A DNA stretch of 64,000 nucleotides from Clostridia bacterium. Lineage in GTDB: Bacteria; Bacillota; Clostridia; CAKSNL01; HGM11501. The notes under the pieces were generated by a model that did not search any database, had not been told where the DNA came from, and saw only the letters and a program-made list of their open reading frames with translations. The translations under genes and the position numbers were made by a program. The stretch spans positions 1-64,000 of the forward strand of contig JAZQAZ010000041.1 in NCBI GenBank assembly GCA_045545475.1. Direction: 5' to 3'. Position 1 is the first letter of the stretch. Each line of letters begins with the position of its first letter. Positions 50,056-59,897 of this stretch are shown here, one piece after another.

Positions 50056-51258
50056 TTAGCATATCTTGATTAATCCCCCTTCTCCGGGCTGAAGATTTAC
50101 TGTCAGCTTTTTTCCTGACAGTATAAAATCTCCCTCAGAATATAACGAAAGCGCCTCCTTTGAATAAATTGTAAGGCTGTTTTCGTTTTTATAATCGTAG
50201 TTTACAAGATAGATATATCCGTCTTCAAAAAAGCCTGCCACGGCATTTTTACCCTCGATTGTTTCTATGGCGCCGAAGGAGGTAAATTCCTCCGCGCCCT
50301 TTTCCCCTGTTCCGATATGGAAGACAGCCAAAGACTCCTTATCAAAAAGGATATCTCCTATGGGCTTTATTATTTTGTTTATTGCCTGCGCATCATAATA
50401 ATGCGCCATCTTATTTCCTTCACGGTCGCAGAAGGCGTTGTCCCACCGCCAGAAATCATCATAAGGCACCAGCCAGTAGGTAAAGTAGGAAATCCTCTTC
50501 ATTCCGTAGGCAAGGCTCATATTCACTTCCCATGATATTTCGGCTCTCGTTAAATCACGGTAAGGGCCGTGGCAAATTAAAAGCACTATAAGCATTGCGG
50601 GGATGTTGTACTTTTTGGCTTTTTCGCGCACCATTGAGATATTTTCAAAAAATCCGCCTCTGTCATCCTCTTTTTCTGCCGCTATGCGAATAAGTCTTTC
50701 ACGCTCCGAAATACCTGAGTCTGATTTTATCTCATCCCTTGCATCACGGCCGCGGAAATGATAGTGGTCATAGCTTATGAATGGTGGCTTTACGATTTTT
50801 ATGAATTCTTCAAGATATTCTTCATAGCCCTCTGTTCCGAGCTGCTTGTTACTTGCATAGTTGGGGAAAAGATTTATAACGCATTTCCTTTCGCTGTCAT
50901 AACGGCGGAAAGCATCAACCATTTTTGAAAGAATGGAAAAATTCTCTTTTCCCGGCTCATCTGTTAAATCGTAGCCTATCACAGTAGGACAGTCCTTATA
51001 CTCAGAAACTATGCGCTTTACAATTGCTTCAACTTTATCCTCTGCATTTTCCCAGTATGCATTTTTCAGCTCCGCATCCTCCACATATGCCCTTATTCCG
51101 TATTTTTCAAGGAGCGGAATTACCTTTTTATTTACTTCATATCCGAAATTAAGTGTTGCCAGAGTTATGCCCGCTTCTGCCATATCGCGGATACACTCTT
51201 CCTTTACAGCGTGTTCGCCATCCGGCCCGTAAAAATATGTAATATCAAATTTATCCAT
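50056..51258 (-). CDS. Uncharacterised cytoplasmic protein, GH-A-like; distant paralog of 48612-49952
   Basis: GYDLTDEP, SYDHYH, SLAYGMK, YFTYW and YLVNYDY, collinear with the neighbour's motifs. Confidence 0.5.
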   Translation of the reverse strand: MDKFDITYFYGPDGEHAVKEECIRDMAEAGITLATLNFGYEVNKKVIPLLEKYGIRAYVEDAELKNAYWENAEDKVEAIVKRIVSEYKDCPTVIGYDLTDEPGKENFSILSKMVDAFRRYDSERKCVINLFPNYASNKQLGTEGYEEYLEEFIKIVKPPFISYDHYHFRGRDARDEIKSDSGISERERLIRIAAEKEDDRGGFFENISMVREKAKKYNIPAMLIVLLICHGPYRDLTRAEISWEVNMSLAYGMKRISYFTYWLVPYDDFWRWDNAFCDREGNKMAHYYDAQAINKIIKPIGDILFDKESLAVFHIGTGEKGAEEFTSFGAIETIEGKNAVAGFFEDGYIYLVNYDYKNENSLTIYSKEALSLYSEGDFILSGKKLTVNLQPGEGGLIKIC

Positions 51259-51324
51259 AGCTTCACTCCCCTATAGAATCAGTTAACGATTCAGATTTCT
51301 ATGTTTTTGAGATAATCCGCAGAC

Positions 51325-51407
51325 GAAGACAAGGGGACGGTTCTATTGTCTCATCGCATCACATACCGTAACAGTTTTCAAGACAGCAGAACCGTCCCTT
51401 TGTCTTC
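51325..51407. repeat. REP-like inverted repeat with 27-bp arms and a GGGACGGTTCT/AGAACCGTCCC core
   Basis: GAAGACAAGGGGACGGTTCTATTGTCT (51325-51351) and AGACAGCAGAACCGTCCCTTTGTCTTC (51381-51407); 3 differences from a perfect inverted repeat. Confidence 0.85.
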
Positions 51408-51500
51408 AGCTACGAAGTAATTTAGCGTGCATCAGCACATTTAGCTCGCCGTAGGCGAATTTAGCTGAATAGATTTAACTTTGTTAAATCTATTCTACCA
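51408..51500. repeat. Second, partial copy of the hairpin array at 215-308
   Basis: Identical to 215-308 except loop GTCA to ATCA and TCGC-TGCCAA-GCGA to TCGCC-GTA-GGCGA. Confidence 0.95.
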
Positions 51501-51520
51501 TATATTCCCGCCAAATTCAA
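51492..51520 (-). promoter_or_regulatory. Putative sigma-A promoter reading into the second array copy
   Basis: TTGAAT (51520-51515), 17 nt, TAGAAT (51497-51492) with TG extension. Confidence 0.6.
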
Positions 51521-51533
51521 GAGGCTGATATCC

Positions 51534-51570
51534 AAAAGAACACGGACTTCTTTGGAAGTCCGTGTTCTTT
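51534..51570 (-). terminator. Intrinsic terminator after azlD
   Basis: AAAGAACACGGACTTC-TTTG-GAAGTCCGTGTTCTTT. Confidence 0.85.
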
Positions 51571-51878
51571 CACATAAATTTCATTATTGTTTCTGCAATA
51601 AAAACTGTGATGCAGCCTGCCGCCGCAACGGTAAGTAAGCTCTTTTCCATATAGGAAAGAATGAGTGCCACCAAAAAGCCGGAAAGTGCCGAAATCCACG
51701 ATTCCGTAGAATAAAAAATCGCAGGAATTGTCATTACCGTAAGTACCGCATAAGGCACATAATAAAGAAATGACAAAACAAATCTCGATTTAATTTTTTT
51801 CTTGAATAAAACAAGGGGAAGCATTCTTATAAGATATGTAATTCCCGCCATTACCAAGAGATAAATCCAAAAACTCAT
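51570..51878 (-). CDS. azlD: AzlD-family branched-chain amino acid exporter, small subunit
   Basis: Hydrophobic 102 aa with TYLIRMLP and FLYYVPYAVL; follows azlC. Confidence 0.85.
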   Translation of the reverse strand: MSFWIYLLVMAGITYLIRMLPLVLFKKKIKSRFVLSFLYYVPYAVLTVMTIPAIFYSTESWISALSGFLVALILSYMEKSLLTVAAAGCITVFIAETIMKFM

Positions 51879-51890
51879 ACCTACGCCTCC

Positions 51891-52598
51891 TTACGCCGCT
51901 TCTTCCACATCAACAGGATGCAGGAAGGCAAATACTGCACTTGCCAAAACAGCACAGATAATTACCGAGAATCCATTTGGAACGGTTGACAAAAGCGGTA
52001 TATATTTAAACATACAGCTTAATACAATGGCAAAAAGCACGCAAAGTGCCGTTGCACCATGCTTTTTGCAGGGAGGAACAACGATTGCAATGAACATTGC
52101 ATAAATTGCAATACCGAGTGCCGATGTTATAGAATCAGGAAGTATGTCACCCGCCCAGGCACCAAGAAGAGTCCCGAGGCTCCATCCGAAGTAAGGTGTT
52201 ATAATAAGACCGTATAAAAACCGTTTCCCCACGCTTCCCTTAAGGCTTGATGCCACGGCAAAAACCTCGTCGGTATTGACAAAGGAAATGACAAATCGGT
52301 CAAAAAGATTTACCTTATCCGAAAGCTTCTGTGAAAGGGAAATCGACATAAGAGCGTATCTTAAGTTTATTATTATCTGGGAAAGTGCCAGTTCAAAAAG
52401 TGTCCCTCCTGCGGCAATTATGGGCACTGCCGCAAGCTGACCTGCCGAGGTCACATTTGTCATTGATATAAAAAGTGTTTCAAGTATGGAAAGGCCCTGC
52501 CCTACGGTGAAAATACCAAAAGCAAAGGATACTGAAAAATAGCCGAGGCAGATGGGAATTCCTGCAACGAGGCCTTTCTTAAAACTGTTGTTGTCCAA
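51891..52598 (-). CDS. azlC: AzlC-family permease
   Basis: PICLGYFSVSFAFG, SAGQ, INLRYALMS and NTDEVFA; probable TTG start at 52598. Confidence 0.88.
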   Translation of the reverse strand: MDNNSFKKGLVAGIPICLGYFSVSFAFGIFTVGQGLSILETLFISMTNVTSAGQLAAVPIIAAGGTLFELALSQIIINLRYALMSISLSQKLSDKVNLFDRFVISFVNTDEVFAVASSLKGSVGKRFLYGLIITPYFGWSLGTLLGAWAGDILPDSITSALGIAIYAMFIAIVVPPCKKHGATALCVLFAIVLSCMFKYIPLLSTVPNGFSVIICAVLASAVFAFLHPVDVEEAA

Positions 52599-52662
52599 AA
52601 TAAAACCTTCTCTCAAAATTTTGCAAAGAAACCGCCGTGCCATAAGGCACGGCAGTTAAATG

Positions 52663-54048
52663 TCAAACTTTAATAACGCCGATTCCCTCTAATACGGAGA
52701 ATCCGAGAATTAAAAGGATACAAATAGGTGCTACATATTTTATCATGAATGAGAACATCTTCTTTTTCTTGAATTTACCCGTAAGTTCCACCTCTTCAAC
52801 CAAAGCAGAAGGCTTCAAGACGTAGCCTACAAAAATACAGGTGCAGAATGCAACAATCGGCATAAGCACACTGTTGCTGATAAAGTCAAAGAAAGATAAG
52901 AAGTCCATTCCTATAGGCTTTACATTGCCCCATAATCCAAAGCCAAGCGATGAGGGAACACCCATAAGAAGGCAAAGTATAAATACGAAAATACAAGAGA
53001 AATTTCTGTTCCACTTAAACTTATCGCAGAAAATGGATACTATAGTCTCCATAAGGCTTATGGACGATGTAAGAGCTGCAAAAAGCACAAGAATGAAAAA
53101 TGCTGCACCGATAATATGGCCGCCGGGCATCTTTTCAAATACCTGAGGAAGAGTTGCGAACATAAGACCGGGACCTTTGCCAAGCTGATCGGCTCCAAGT
53201 GTTGTGATTACTGCCGGAACTATCATAAGACCGGCAATAAAAGCTATACCCGTATCAAAAATTTCTATTTGCTTAACAGAGCCTTCTATACTTACATCTT
53301 TTTTCATATATGAACCATAGGTTATCATAATGCCCATAGCAAGGCTCATTGAATAGAAGAGCTGACCCATAGCTGCAAGCACTGTGGTTCCTGAAAACTT
53401 TGTAAAATCAGGAGTAATGTAGTAAAGAACACCTTCCATCGCGCCGTCCATACATACAGAATATACCGCAATAACGATTGAAAGAATTGCAAGTACGGGC
53501 ATCATTATCTTGCTTACTTTTTCTATGCCTTTTTCAACACCGAAAAATACAACGATTGCAGTTGCTGCCATAAATATGAAAAACCAAACCAAAGGCTCTT
53601 CAACCTTTGATATAAACGTGTCAAAGAAAGTTATTGTACTTTCATTACCTTCTACAACTTTTTTTGTGATTTCAGCCGCCGCACTTCCGTTTCCTGTAAC
53701 ATAAACTGAAAGGTACTTTGCAACCCATCCGCCGATTACAGAATAGTACGGCAGAATAATTATAGGAACTATTGCTCCTAAATATCCAATAAATGAAAAA
53801 CGTTTATCAAGAGCTCGGAATGCACCTATTGCACTTAAACCTGTTTTTCTTCCGATTGCAATTTCAGCTGTCATCAAGGCAAAGCCGAAAGTAAGTGCAA
53901 GAATTATATATGTAAGAAGGAATATACCTCCTCCGTGCTGTGCCGCAAGATAGGGAAAACGCCATATGTTTCCAAGACCGACAGCGGAACCTGCCGCCGC
54001 AAGCACAAATCCGATTTTACCGGTAAAGCTGCTTCTTTTAGTTTCCAT
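52663..54048 (-). CDS. Sodium-dependent transporter, NSS/SNF family
   Basis: GSAVGLGNIWRFPY, GQLFYSMSL, YGSY, GPGLMF and AALTSSISL. Confidence 0.95.
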   Translation of the reverse strand: METKRSSFTGKIGFVLAAAGSAVGLGNIWRFPYLAAQHGGGIFLLTYIILALTFGFALMTAEIAIGRKTGLSAIGAFRALDKRFSFIGYLGAIVPIIILPYYSVIGGWVAKYLSVYVTGNGSAAAEITKKVVEGNESTITFFDTFISKVEEPLVWFFIFMAATAIVVFFGVEKGIEKVSKIMMPVLAILSIVIAVYSVCMDGAMEGVLYYITPDFTKFSGTTVLAAMGQLFYSMSLAMGIMITYGSYMKKDVSIEGSVKQIEIFDTGIAFIAGLMIVPAVITTLGADQLGKGPGLMFATLPQVFEKMPGGHIIGAAFFILVLFAALTSSISLMETIVSIFCDKFKWNRNFSCIFVFILCLLMGVPSSLGFGLWGNVKPIGMDFLSFFDFISNSVLMPIVAFCTCIFVGYVLKPSALVEEVELTGKFKKKKMFSFMIKYVAPICILLILGFSVLEGIGVIKV

Positions 54049-54114
54049 TCAATCTCCTCCAAAAGTAATTATCGACTTAGTATAGCACAAAAGTCAATTT
54101 ATGTCAATTTTTGT

Positions 54115-54930
54115 TTATCTTACAAAATCAAGAATATCTTCTTCCTTAAGCGAAAGAACTTTTACCATCATTTCACACTTAGGCAAATAATACTCATCAT
54201 AATTATGAACGTTATGTGAATCGCTTCCGAAAACGAACTTACATCCGCATTCCTTTGCAATATTAAACATTCTTATTTCCTCAGCCTTTTCTATTGTTGT
54301 CTCATCAAAAACCTTCATTGAGCCGATGTTTATTTCCACGGCAATCCCCTTTTCTGCCGTAGCAGAAAAAAGATACTTCATTTTATCGTCGGTAAGCATT
54401 CTTTTAAGTTCGTTATTGTCATAGGGACAGCAAACCGCATCAAAGGGATGTGCCATAGATAGAATTTTTCCGCTTACGGGGCTGTTTAATATATTGTAAT
54501 ACGCCCTTTCCATAAATTCAAGATGCACCGCTTTGTAGTCCGGTTTTGCATACTCAGCAGGCATGGTCTTATGAGTGTGGGAATTAGGAACAATTATAAA
54601 ATCAAACTTTTCTGCACACTCCTCTGTTATTGCCACTCCATGTTCAGGACTGTATTCCGCTTCGCAACCGAAGTAAACCTCTATTCCTTCTTTATCCGCT
54701 TTTTCTATTTCTTCTTTAATTGTTGCAAGATGGTCATAGTTCTGTATTTCGTAAAAGATAAAGTCAAGAGGTTTATACGATGCATCCCAAAAATGATCCG
54801 CAAAACCAATTTTTTTAAGGCCCATTTTTCTTGCCTTTTCTATGTATTCCTTTGCATAAGCATCACGGTATGCACAAAGCGAGCGTTCCGTATGAATATG
54901 AAAATCGTGCTTAATTTCCATCATTATCAC
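54115..54930 (-). CDS. PHP-domain metal-dependent phosphoesterase
   Basis: HDFHIHT, ADH, GCEAE, AHP, EIN and GSDSH. Confidence 0.85.
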   Translation of the reverse strand: MIMMEIKHDFHIHTERSLCAYRDAYAKEYIEKARKMGLKKIGFADHFWDASYKPLDFIFYEIQNYDHLATIKEEIEKADKEGIEVYFGCEAEYSPEHGVAITEECAEKFDFIIVPNSHTHKTMPAEYAKPDYKAVHLEFMERAYYNILNSPVSGKILSMAHPFDAVCCPYDNNELKRMLTDDKMKYLFSATAEKGIAVEINIGSMKVFDETTIEKAEEIRMFNIAKECGCKFVFGSDSHNVHNYDEYYLPKCEMMVKVLSLKEEDILDFVR

Positions 54931-54931
54931 C

Positions 54932-56881
54932 TCACTGTACCTTTATGGTATAAGTTTTTCCTGCACACAGTGCACCCTTTGAATCAAAAGCCCGGCATGT
55001 AAGTTCAAGCGTCTTATCCTTATAGGGTGAAAAATCAACATTGATTGTATACGGAATTCCGTAACCTACTCCGATATCCACACCGTTCAAAGAATAAACA
55101 ACATAGGCGAAATCGTTTTCAAGTGTCTTCACATAAGCATGAAGAGAAATCATTTCCGCAGGAACTGTCACATTGTTTCCGACTTCAAAGCTGTAGGTAG
55201 CATTTGTCGCTTCCTCTCCCGAAATATAGGCACTGTTTCCAACAGCATTTTTGAAAGATTCATAATATGTAGCATTTCCGGAAAATTCGAATTTACGTCC
55301 GCCGGCATCTTGTGTTTCAAAAAGATATGCCGCAACCACACCGGGATATTTTATCGGGAGATAGGTAAAGAGATCCTTTATCTGTGAAGAAGAATATTCG
55401 GTAAGGTCGGCCCCGGTTTTTCTGTCTATGTATGACGCTCCGCTTTCCGAAATCATAATAGGCTTTTTATGTCCATAAAGAGACACAATCGTATCCAAAA
55501 GTGATGCAAAGCGGCTCCTGTCAACGCCTTGTCCAAGGGGATCGGTTTCCGGCTGATATTCAGCATAAAGCGATATGCCGACATAATCAACATAAGCATC
55601 TCCGGGATAATAAAATTCCATATTGTTGGCGGGATAGAAATTGGGAGACCAGACCATCGCACAGTTTGGGGCATATTTATGGAAAATATCTGCCACATAG
55701 CGGAATCTCTGGATGTACGCTCCGTAATCGGTGGTATACCAACTGTTTGTTTCGTCATTCATTTCGCACGCAAAACGTATTAAGGTTTTTGTACCAAGTG
55801 CTTTTATATCCTCAGCCAGTTTTACATAACGTGAATCTTCGGGGGTAATACTCAAAAGGTCATTAAGGTCTTTAACCTGAAGAGCATACTGTATAATTTT
55901 ACCTTGCTCTGCTGCAGCCTTGAAAGCCTGCTCGTAAGGCTTTATGTCATCGTAACCGTAAACAATGAATCCCGCTGCTTCTTTGCCTATAAGGTTTTCA
56001 AACTGCTGCATATAAGAAGGTTCGCTTCCCATAAGCGTAACACCAAGCTGAACTCCTGAATCCGGCTCGTAAAGTGCACCAAACTTTTTTCTTCCCGAAT
56101 AATTTTCATTACCCGAAGTAACAAAAATCTGCACAGTACTTCCGCTTAAATCTCCTCTTCTCGATGCATCGATTGCCGCCTGAGGAAGACCTGCAATTTC
56201 CCAATAATAGGATTCTCTTTTATAACATGCAACAGTTTCGTCCACCATTCCCAATGCATTATAGCACTTGCCAAGATGGTTATAGAGCATAGCATCACTA
56301 TATGCATCACTCTTCTCCAGGAATACCGGAGCAACTTCTCTGAATTTTTCAATTGCCGCTGCATAGTTGCCACTGTTTTCAAGATTAATGGCTTCCGACC
56401 ATACCTTCCAGAAGTTAGATACTTTTATACCGCTGTTCTCTATTTCATAAACCAAATTTCCTGCACCGGGACTTTCAACCTTTACGCTTCCGTCCCAGGA
56501 TACTTTTGCATCAAGTGCCTCAAGCACCGCACGAATGGGAAGATATGTTCTTCCGTTAACAATGGTTGCTGCGGCATCATTATAAATTTTCGTTCCGTTT
56601 CTGTAAATTGCCGACTCACCAATTTTGCATGTAACGGTAGTTACGCCCTTTGTCACAATCGCCGTACTCTGCTCAGCGTCCCAACGTACAGTTGCACCGT
56701 AAGCTTCCATCGCAGCACGCAAAGGAACCATTGTTCTTCCCTCCGCACTTATAAACGGATAGCCTGTGGAATCGTTGAATCCCACCTTGACATTGTCTAT
56801 AACAACATCAGTTGCCATAGCAGGAACCATTCCGAAAACGATACTTAACAAAAGTACTGTCGCCAAAAAAATCCTTTTCAT
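54932..56881 (-). CDS. Secreted protein: N-terminal stalk domain, TPR-like segment and GH26-like catalytic domain
   Basis: Signal peptide; RTMVPLR and RTYLPIRAV; YNHLGKCY helical region; RFACEMN (acid/base), VWSPN, YYPGDAYVDYVGIS and KPIMISESG (nucleophile). Confidence 0.78.
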   Translation of the reverse strand: MKRIFLATVLLLSIVFGMVPAMATDVVIDNVKVGFNDSTGYPFISAEGRTMVPLRAAMEAYGATVRWDAEQSTAIVTKGVTTVTCKIGESAIYRNGTKIYNDAAATIVNGRTYLPIRAVLEALDAKVSWDGSVKVESPGAGNLVYEIENSGIKVSNFWKVWSEAINLENSGNYAAAIEKFREVAPVFLEKSDAYSDAMLYNHLGKCYNALGMVDETVACYKRESYYWEIAGLPQAAIDASRRGDLSGSTVQIFVTSGNENYSGRKKFGALYEPDSGVQLGVTLMGSEPSYMQQFENLIGKEAAGFIVYGYDDIKPYEQAFKAAAEQGKIIQYALQVKDLNDLLSITPEDSRYVKLAEDIKALGTKTLIRFACEMNDETNSWYTTDYGAYIQRFRYVADIFHKYAPNCAMVWSPNFYPANNMEFYYPGDAYVDYVGISLYAEYQPETDPLGQGVDRSRFASLLDTIVSLYGHKKPIMISESGASYIDRKTGADLTEYSSSQIKDLFTYLPIKYPGVVAAYLFETQDAGGRKFEFSGNATYYESFKNAVGNSAYISGEEATNATYSFEVGNNVTVPAEMISLHAYVKTLENDFAYVVYSLNGVDIGVGYGIPYTINVDFSPYKDKTLELTCRAFDSKGALCAGKTYTIKVQ

Positions 56882-56917
56882 TTACCTTACCTCTGTTTCT
56901 CATATTATCGGTTATGT

Positions 56918-56976
56918 ATTATATCACTTATTCAAGTTTATGTCAAACAAAAAGCACCCATAGGGTGCTTTTGTTT
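56918..56976 (-). promoter_or_regulatory. his operon terminator followed by a consensus promoter for the GH26-like gene
   Basis: AAAAGCACCC-ATA-GGGTGCTTTT hairpin; TTGACA (56946-56941), 17 nt, TATAAT (56923-56918). Confidence 0.8.
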
Positions 56977-57760
56977 ATCTTAATTTTTCAACCACTTTTA
57001 CTCCTGTTGACCTTATCTTATCTTCCCATTTCGAAAATTCGTACATAATAGTATCCTTTGCGTGGGAATCGCTGGAAAAAATTACGCTTCCGCCCTTTTC
57101 TTTTATATATTCAATCATTTCAAAGGAAGGATAAGGCACGGTTCTGTAGCCGCGGGAAATCGCTCCCGTATTTATTTCAAAAGGAACGCCCGAAGGAATA
57201 AGCACATCAACCGCCTTTTTCCATGCTTTTTTGTAGCGCTCGCTTTCCGTATCGAATATAGGTGTTTTTTCCTCGAACTTTTCAAGCAGATTAAAATGGC
57301 CTATGATATCACAGTTTAATTTATTTACAACATCTGCAACCACTTCATAATACCTTTCCGCAAAAGAAAGAGTGTCTCCTCCGAAATATTTATCCGCTGC
57401 TTTTTTCATGGTTTCCGCATCAGAATCTACCACCACATATTCATCCTCTATTTTAACATAGTGAACCGAGCCTATGACATAATCGTACATAGAAACATTC
57501 TCGGAGGAATAGTAGTCGCTCTCAACGCCCAGGTATATCTTTATTTTATCCTTGTATTTTTCCTTCAGTGCTTTTATCTCCTCTATGTAAAGAGGCTTTT
57601 TTTCACACTTTATGCAGTAGCTTTTGTCATAAAACGTAATTCCGTGGACGGAAAAGCCCATTTCCTCCATTCCCATTTCAATGGCAGATAAAACCATTTC
57701 CTCGGGAGAATTTTTTCCGTCACAGAAGGTTGTATGCATATGGTAATCTGTTTTAATCAA
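56975..57760 (-). CDS. hisK: Histidinol-phosphatase, PHP family (HisK/HisJ type)
   Basis: [25 protein letters not shown] and SSDSH; last gene of the his operon. Confidence 0.85.
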   Translation of the reverse strand: MIKTDYHMHTTFCDGKNSPEEMVLSAIEMGMEEMGFSVHGITFYDKSYCIKCEKKPLYIEEIKALKEKYKDKIKIYLGVESDYYSSENVSMYDYVIGSVHYVKIEDEYVVVDSDAETMKKAADKYFGGDTLSFAERYYEVVADVVNKLNCDIIGHFNLLEKFEEKTPIFDTESERYKKAWKKAVDVLIPSGVPFEINTGAISRGYRTVPYPSFEMIEYIKEKGGSVIFSSDSHAKDTIMYEFSKWEDKIRSTGVKVVEKLR

Positions 57761-58407
57761 TTTGTCATCTTCTCCTGCTTGACTTTTTTATCTATAACGT
57801 GACGGGAGGCAAGTTCTTTATGGATGTCCTCTAAAGAAATGCCCGCTTCAATCATTAATACCATAACGTGATAGCAAAGGTCTGCAATTTCGTAAATTGT
57901 TTCCTTTTTATCCTCAGCCTTTGCCGCAATAATAACCTCGGTGCACTCCTCGCCCACCTTCTTTAAAATCTTATCAATACCCTTTTCAAAAAGATAGGTA
58001 GTGTATGAGCCTTCCTTCTTTTCCGTCTTTCTGCCTTTTATAAGCTCCAGTAAGCCTTCATAGGAAAATTCCTTAAGTTCTTCACTCTCCCATATAGATT
58101 TGGTAAAGCAGGAATCCGTTCCGGTGTGGCAGGCAGGTCCATCCTTTTCCACCATCACAACCAGGGCATCATTGTCACAGTCTGCCGTGATTGACACAAT
58201 ATGCTGATAGTTTCCGCTGGTTTCGCCCTTTAACCAGAGCTCATTTCTGCTTCTGCTGTAAAAGCAGGTAAGTCCCTTCTCCATGGAAATTTTAAGACTT
58301 TCTTCGTTCATATATGCAAGGGTTAAAACCTTTTTAGTTACAGCATCCACCACTATTGCGGGAATTAACCCCTTTTCGTCAAATTTAAGTTCTTTAATAT
58401 CAAGCAT
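57757..58407 (-). CDS. hisIE: Bifunctional phosphoribosyl-AMP cyclohydrolase / phosphoribosyl-ATP pyrophosphatase
   Basis: [31 protein letters not shown] and ADLCYH. Confidence 0.96.
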   Translation of the reverse strand: MLDIKELKFDEKGLIPAIVVDAVTKKVLTLAYMNEESLKISMEKGLTCFYSRSRNELWLKGETSGNYQHIVSITADCDNDALVVMVEKDGPACHTGTDSCFTKSIWESEELKEFSYEGLLELIKGRKTEKKEGSYTTYLFEKGIDKILKKVGEECTEVIIAAKAEDKKETIYEIADLCYHVMVLMIEAGISLEDIHKELASRHVIDKKVKQEKMTN

Positions 58408-58425
58408 TGTTAAGTCCGTCCTTTC

Positions 58426-59184
58426 TTATAATCTAACGGGTATATTTTCTTTTTTAAGTGATTCTTTAAGCGTTTTTATTTCTACTTCGCCGAAGTGGAA
58501 AATTGATGCAGCCAAGCCTGCATCCACCTTGGGAAGAGTCTTAAAGAGCGTAGTGAAATCTTCAACACAGCCCGCACCGCCCGATGCGATAACAGGAACA
58601 TTTACGGCCTCGCATACAGCATCAAGCATTTCAAGGTCAAAGCCTTTTTTAACTCCGTCTGTGTCAATGGAATTAAGCACAACCTCGCCCGCTCCCATAT
58701 CCACACATCTTTTAATCCAGCTGATGGCTTCCATCCCGGTGTTTTCACGTCCGCCCTTGGCAAACACCCGGAAAACTCCGTCAACTCTTTTAACATCAGC
58801 AGAAATTACAACGCACTGATTTCCGTAAAGCTTTGCCGCTTCTTCAATAAGTCCGGGATTTCTGATTGCACCAGAATTTACGCTTACTTTATCCGCACCG
58901 CATTTTAACACTCTGTCAAAATCCGTCACTGTATTTATTCCACCGCCAACGGTCAGAGGGATAAATATCTTTCTTGCAACCTCAGTAAGTATATCGGTGA
59001 AAAGTGCCCTTCCTTCGCTGGAAGCGGTAATGTCATAAAACACCAACTCATCGGCTCCCATATCGCTGTAATATTTTGCCAACTCAACGGGAGAAGACAC
59101 GTCTGAAAGACCTTTAAAATTAACACCCTTTACCACCCTTCCGTCCTTAACATCCAGGCAGGGAATTATTCTTTTCGTTATCAT
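58426..59184 (-). CDS. hisF: Imidazole glycerol phosphate synthase cyclase subunit
   Basis: KRIIPCLDV, GADELVFYDITAS, GADKVSVNS and ASIFHF. Confidence 0.97.
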   Translation of the reverse strand: MITKRIIPCLDVKDGRVVKGVNFKGLSDVSSPVELAKYYSDMGADELVFYDITASSEGRALFTDILTEVARKIFIPLTVGGGINTVTDFDRVLKCGADKVSVNSGAIRNPGLIEEAAKLYGNQCVVISADVKRVDGVFRVFAKGGRENTGMEAISWIKRCVDMGAGEVVLNSIDTDGVKKGFDLEMLDAVCEAVNVPVIASGGAGCVEDFTTLFKTLPKVDAGLAASIFHFGEVEIKTLKESLKKENIPVRL

Positions 59185-59894
59185 TTTGCCACCTCAATTG
59201 CTTCCTTAAGGTCAATTGCACCAATGTAGTATGCCTTTCCTATAATGGCCCCGTAAATATCAAGTGCTCGTAGTTTTTTCACGTCTTCAATAGAGGAAAC
59301 TCCACCGGATGCTGTAATGTTTACGGAAAACTTTTCTGAAAGCTCCTTATAAAGAGCGTGGTTTGTTCCCTGCATCGCGCCGTCCTTTGAAATGTCGGTG
59401 CAGATAAGGGTTGAAACCCCAATTTTTTCCATTTTTTCGCAGAAGGAAAAAGCATCGTGACTGCTTTTTTCCGTCCATCCCGAAATTGCTACAAAGCCGT
59501 CCTTTATGTCAACTCCGACGGCAATTTTTTCACCGTACTTCTCTACCGCCGCCTTTAAGAATTCCTCATCCTTTACTGCCGCCGTACCTAAAATCACCCT
59601 ATCAAGACCAATGTTTATATACTTATCAACGGTTTCCATATTTCTTATTCCGCCGCCAAGCTCGGCGAGAAGATTGGTGTTTTTAATTATGTTTTCTACG
59701 GTTTCAAGATTCGGAGTTGTTCCGTCCTTTGCACCCTCCAAGTCCACAAGGTGAATACAGGTCGCACCGCAGGCTTCAAACTCTTTTGCAACAAGTAAAG
59801 GATTTTCATTATAAACTGTCATTTCGTCGTAATTGCCCTTATAAAGACGAACCGCCTTGCCTCCGTATAAATCTATTGCAGGAAATATAAGCAT
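59181..59894 (-). CDS. hisA: ProFAR isomerase
   Basis: PAIDL..GKAVRL, HLVDLEGA, GGGIR, TDISKDG and SGGVSS. Confidence 0.97.
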   Translation of the reverse strand: MLIFPAIDLYGGKAVRLYKGNYDEMTVYNENPLLVAKEFEACGATCIHLVDLEGAKDGTTPNLETVENIIKNTNLLAELGGGIRNMETVDKYINIGLDRVILGTAAVKDEEFLKAAVEKYGEKIAVGVDIKDGFVAISGWTEKSSHDAFSFCEKMEKIGVSTLICTDISKDGAMQGTNHALYKELSEKFSVNITASGGVSSIEDVKKLRALDIYGAIIGKAYYIGAIDLKEAIEVAK

Positions 59895-59897
59895 CCG

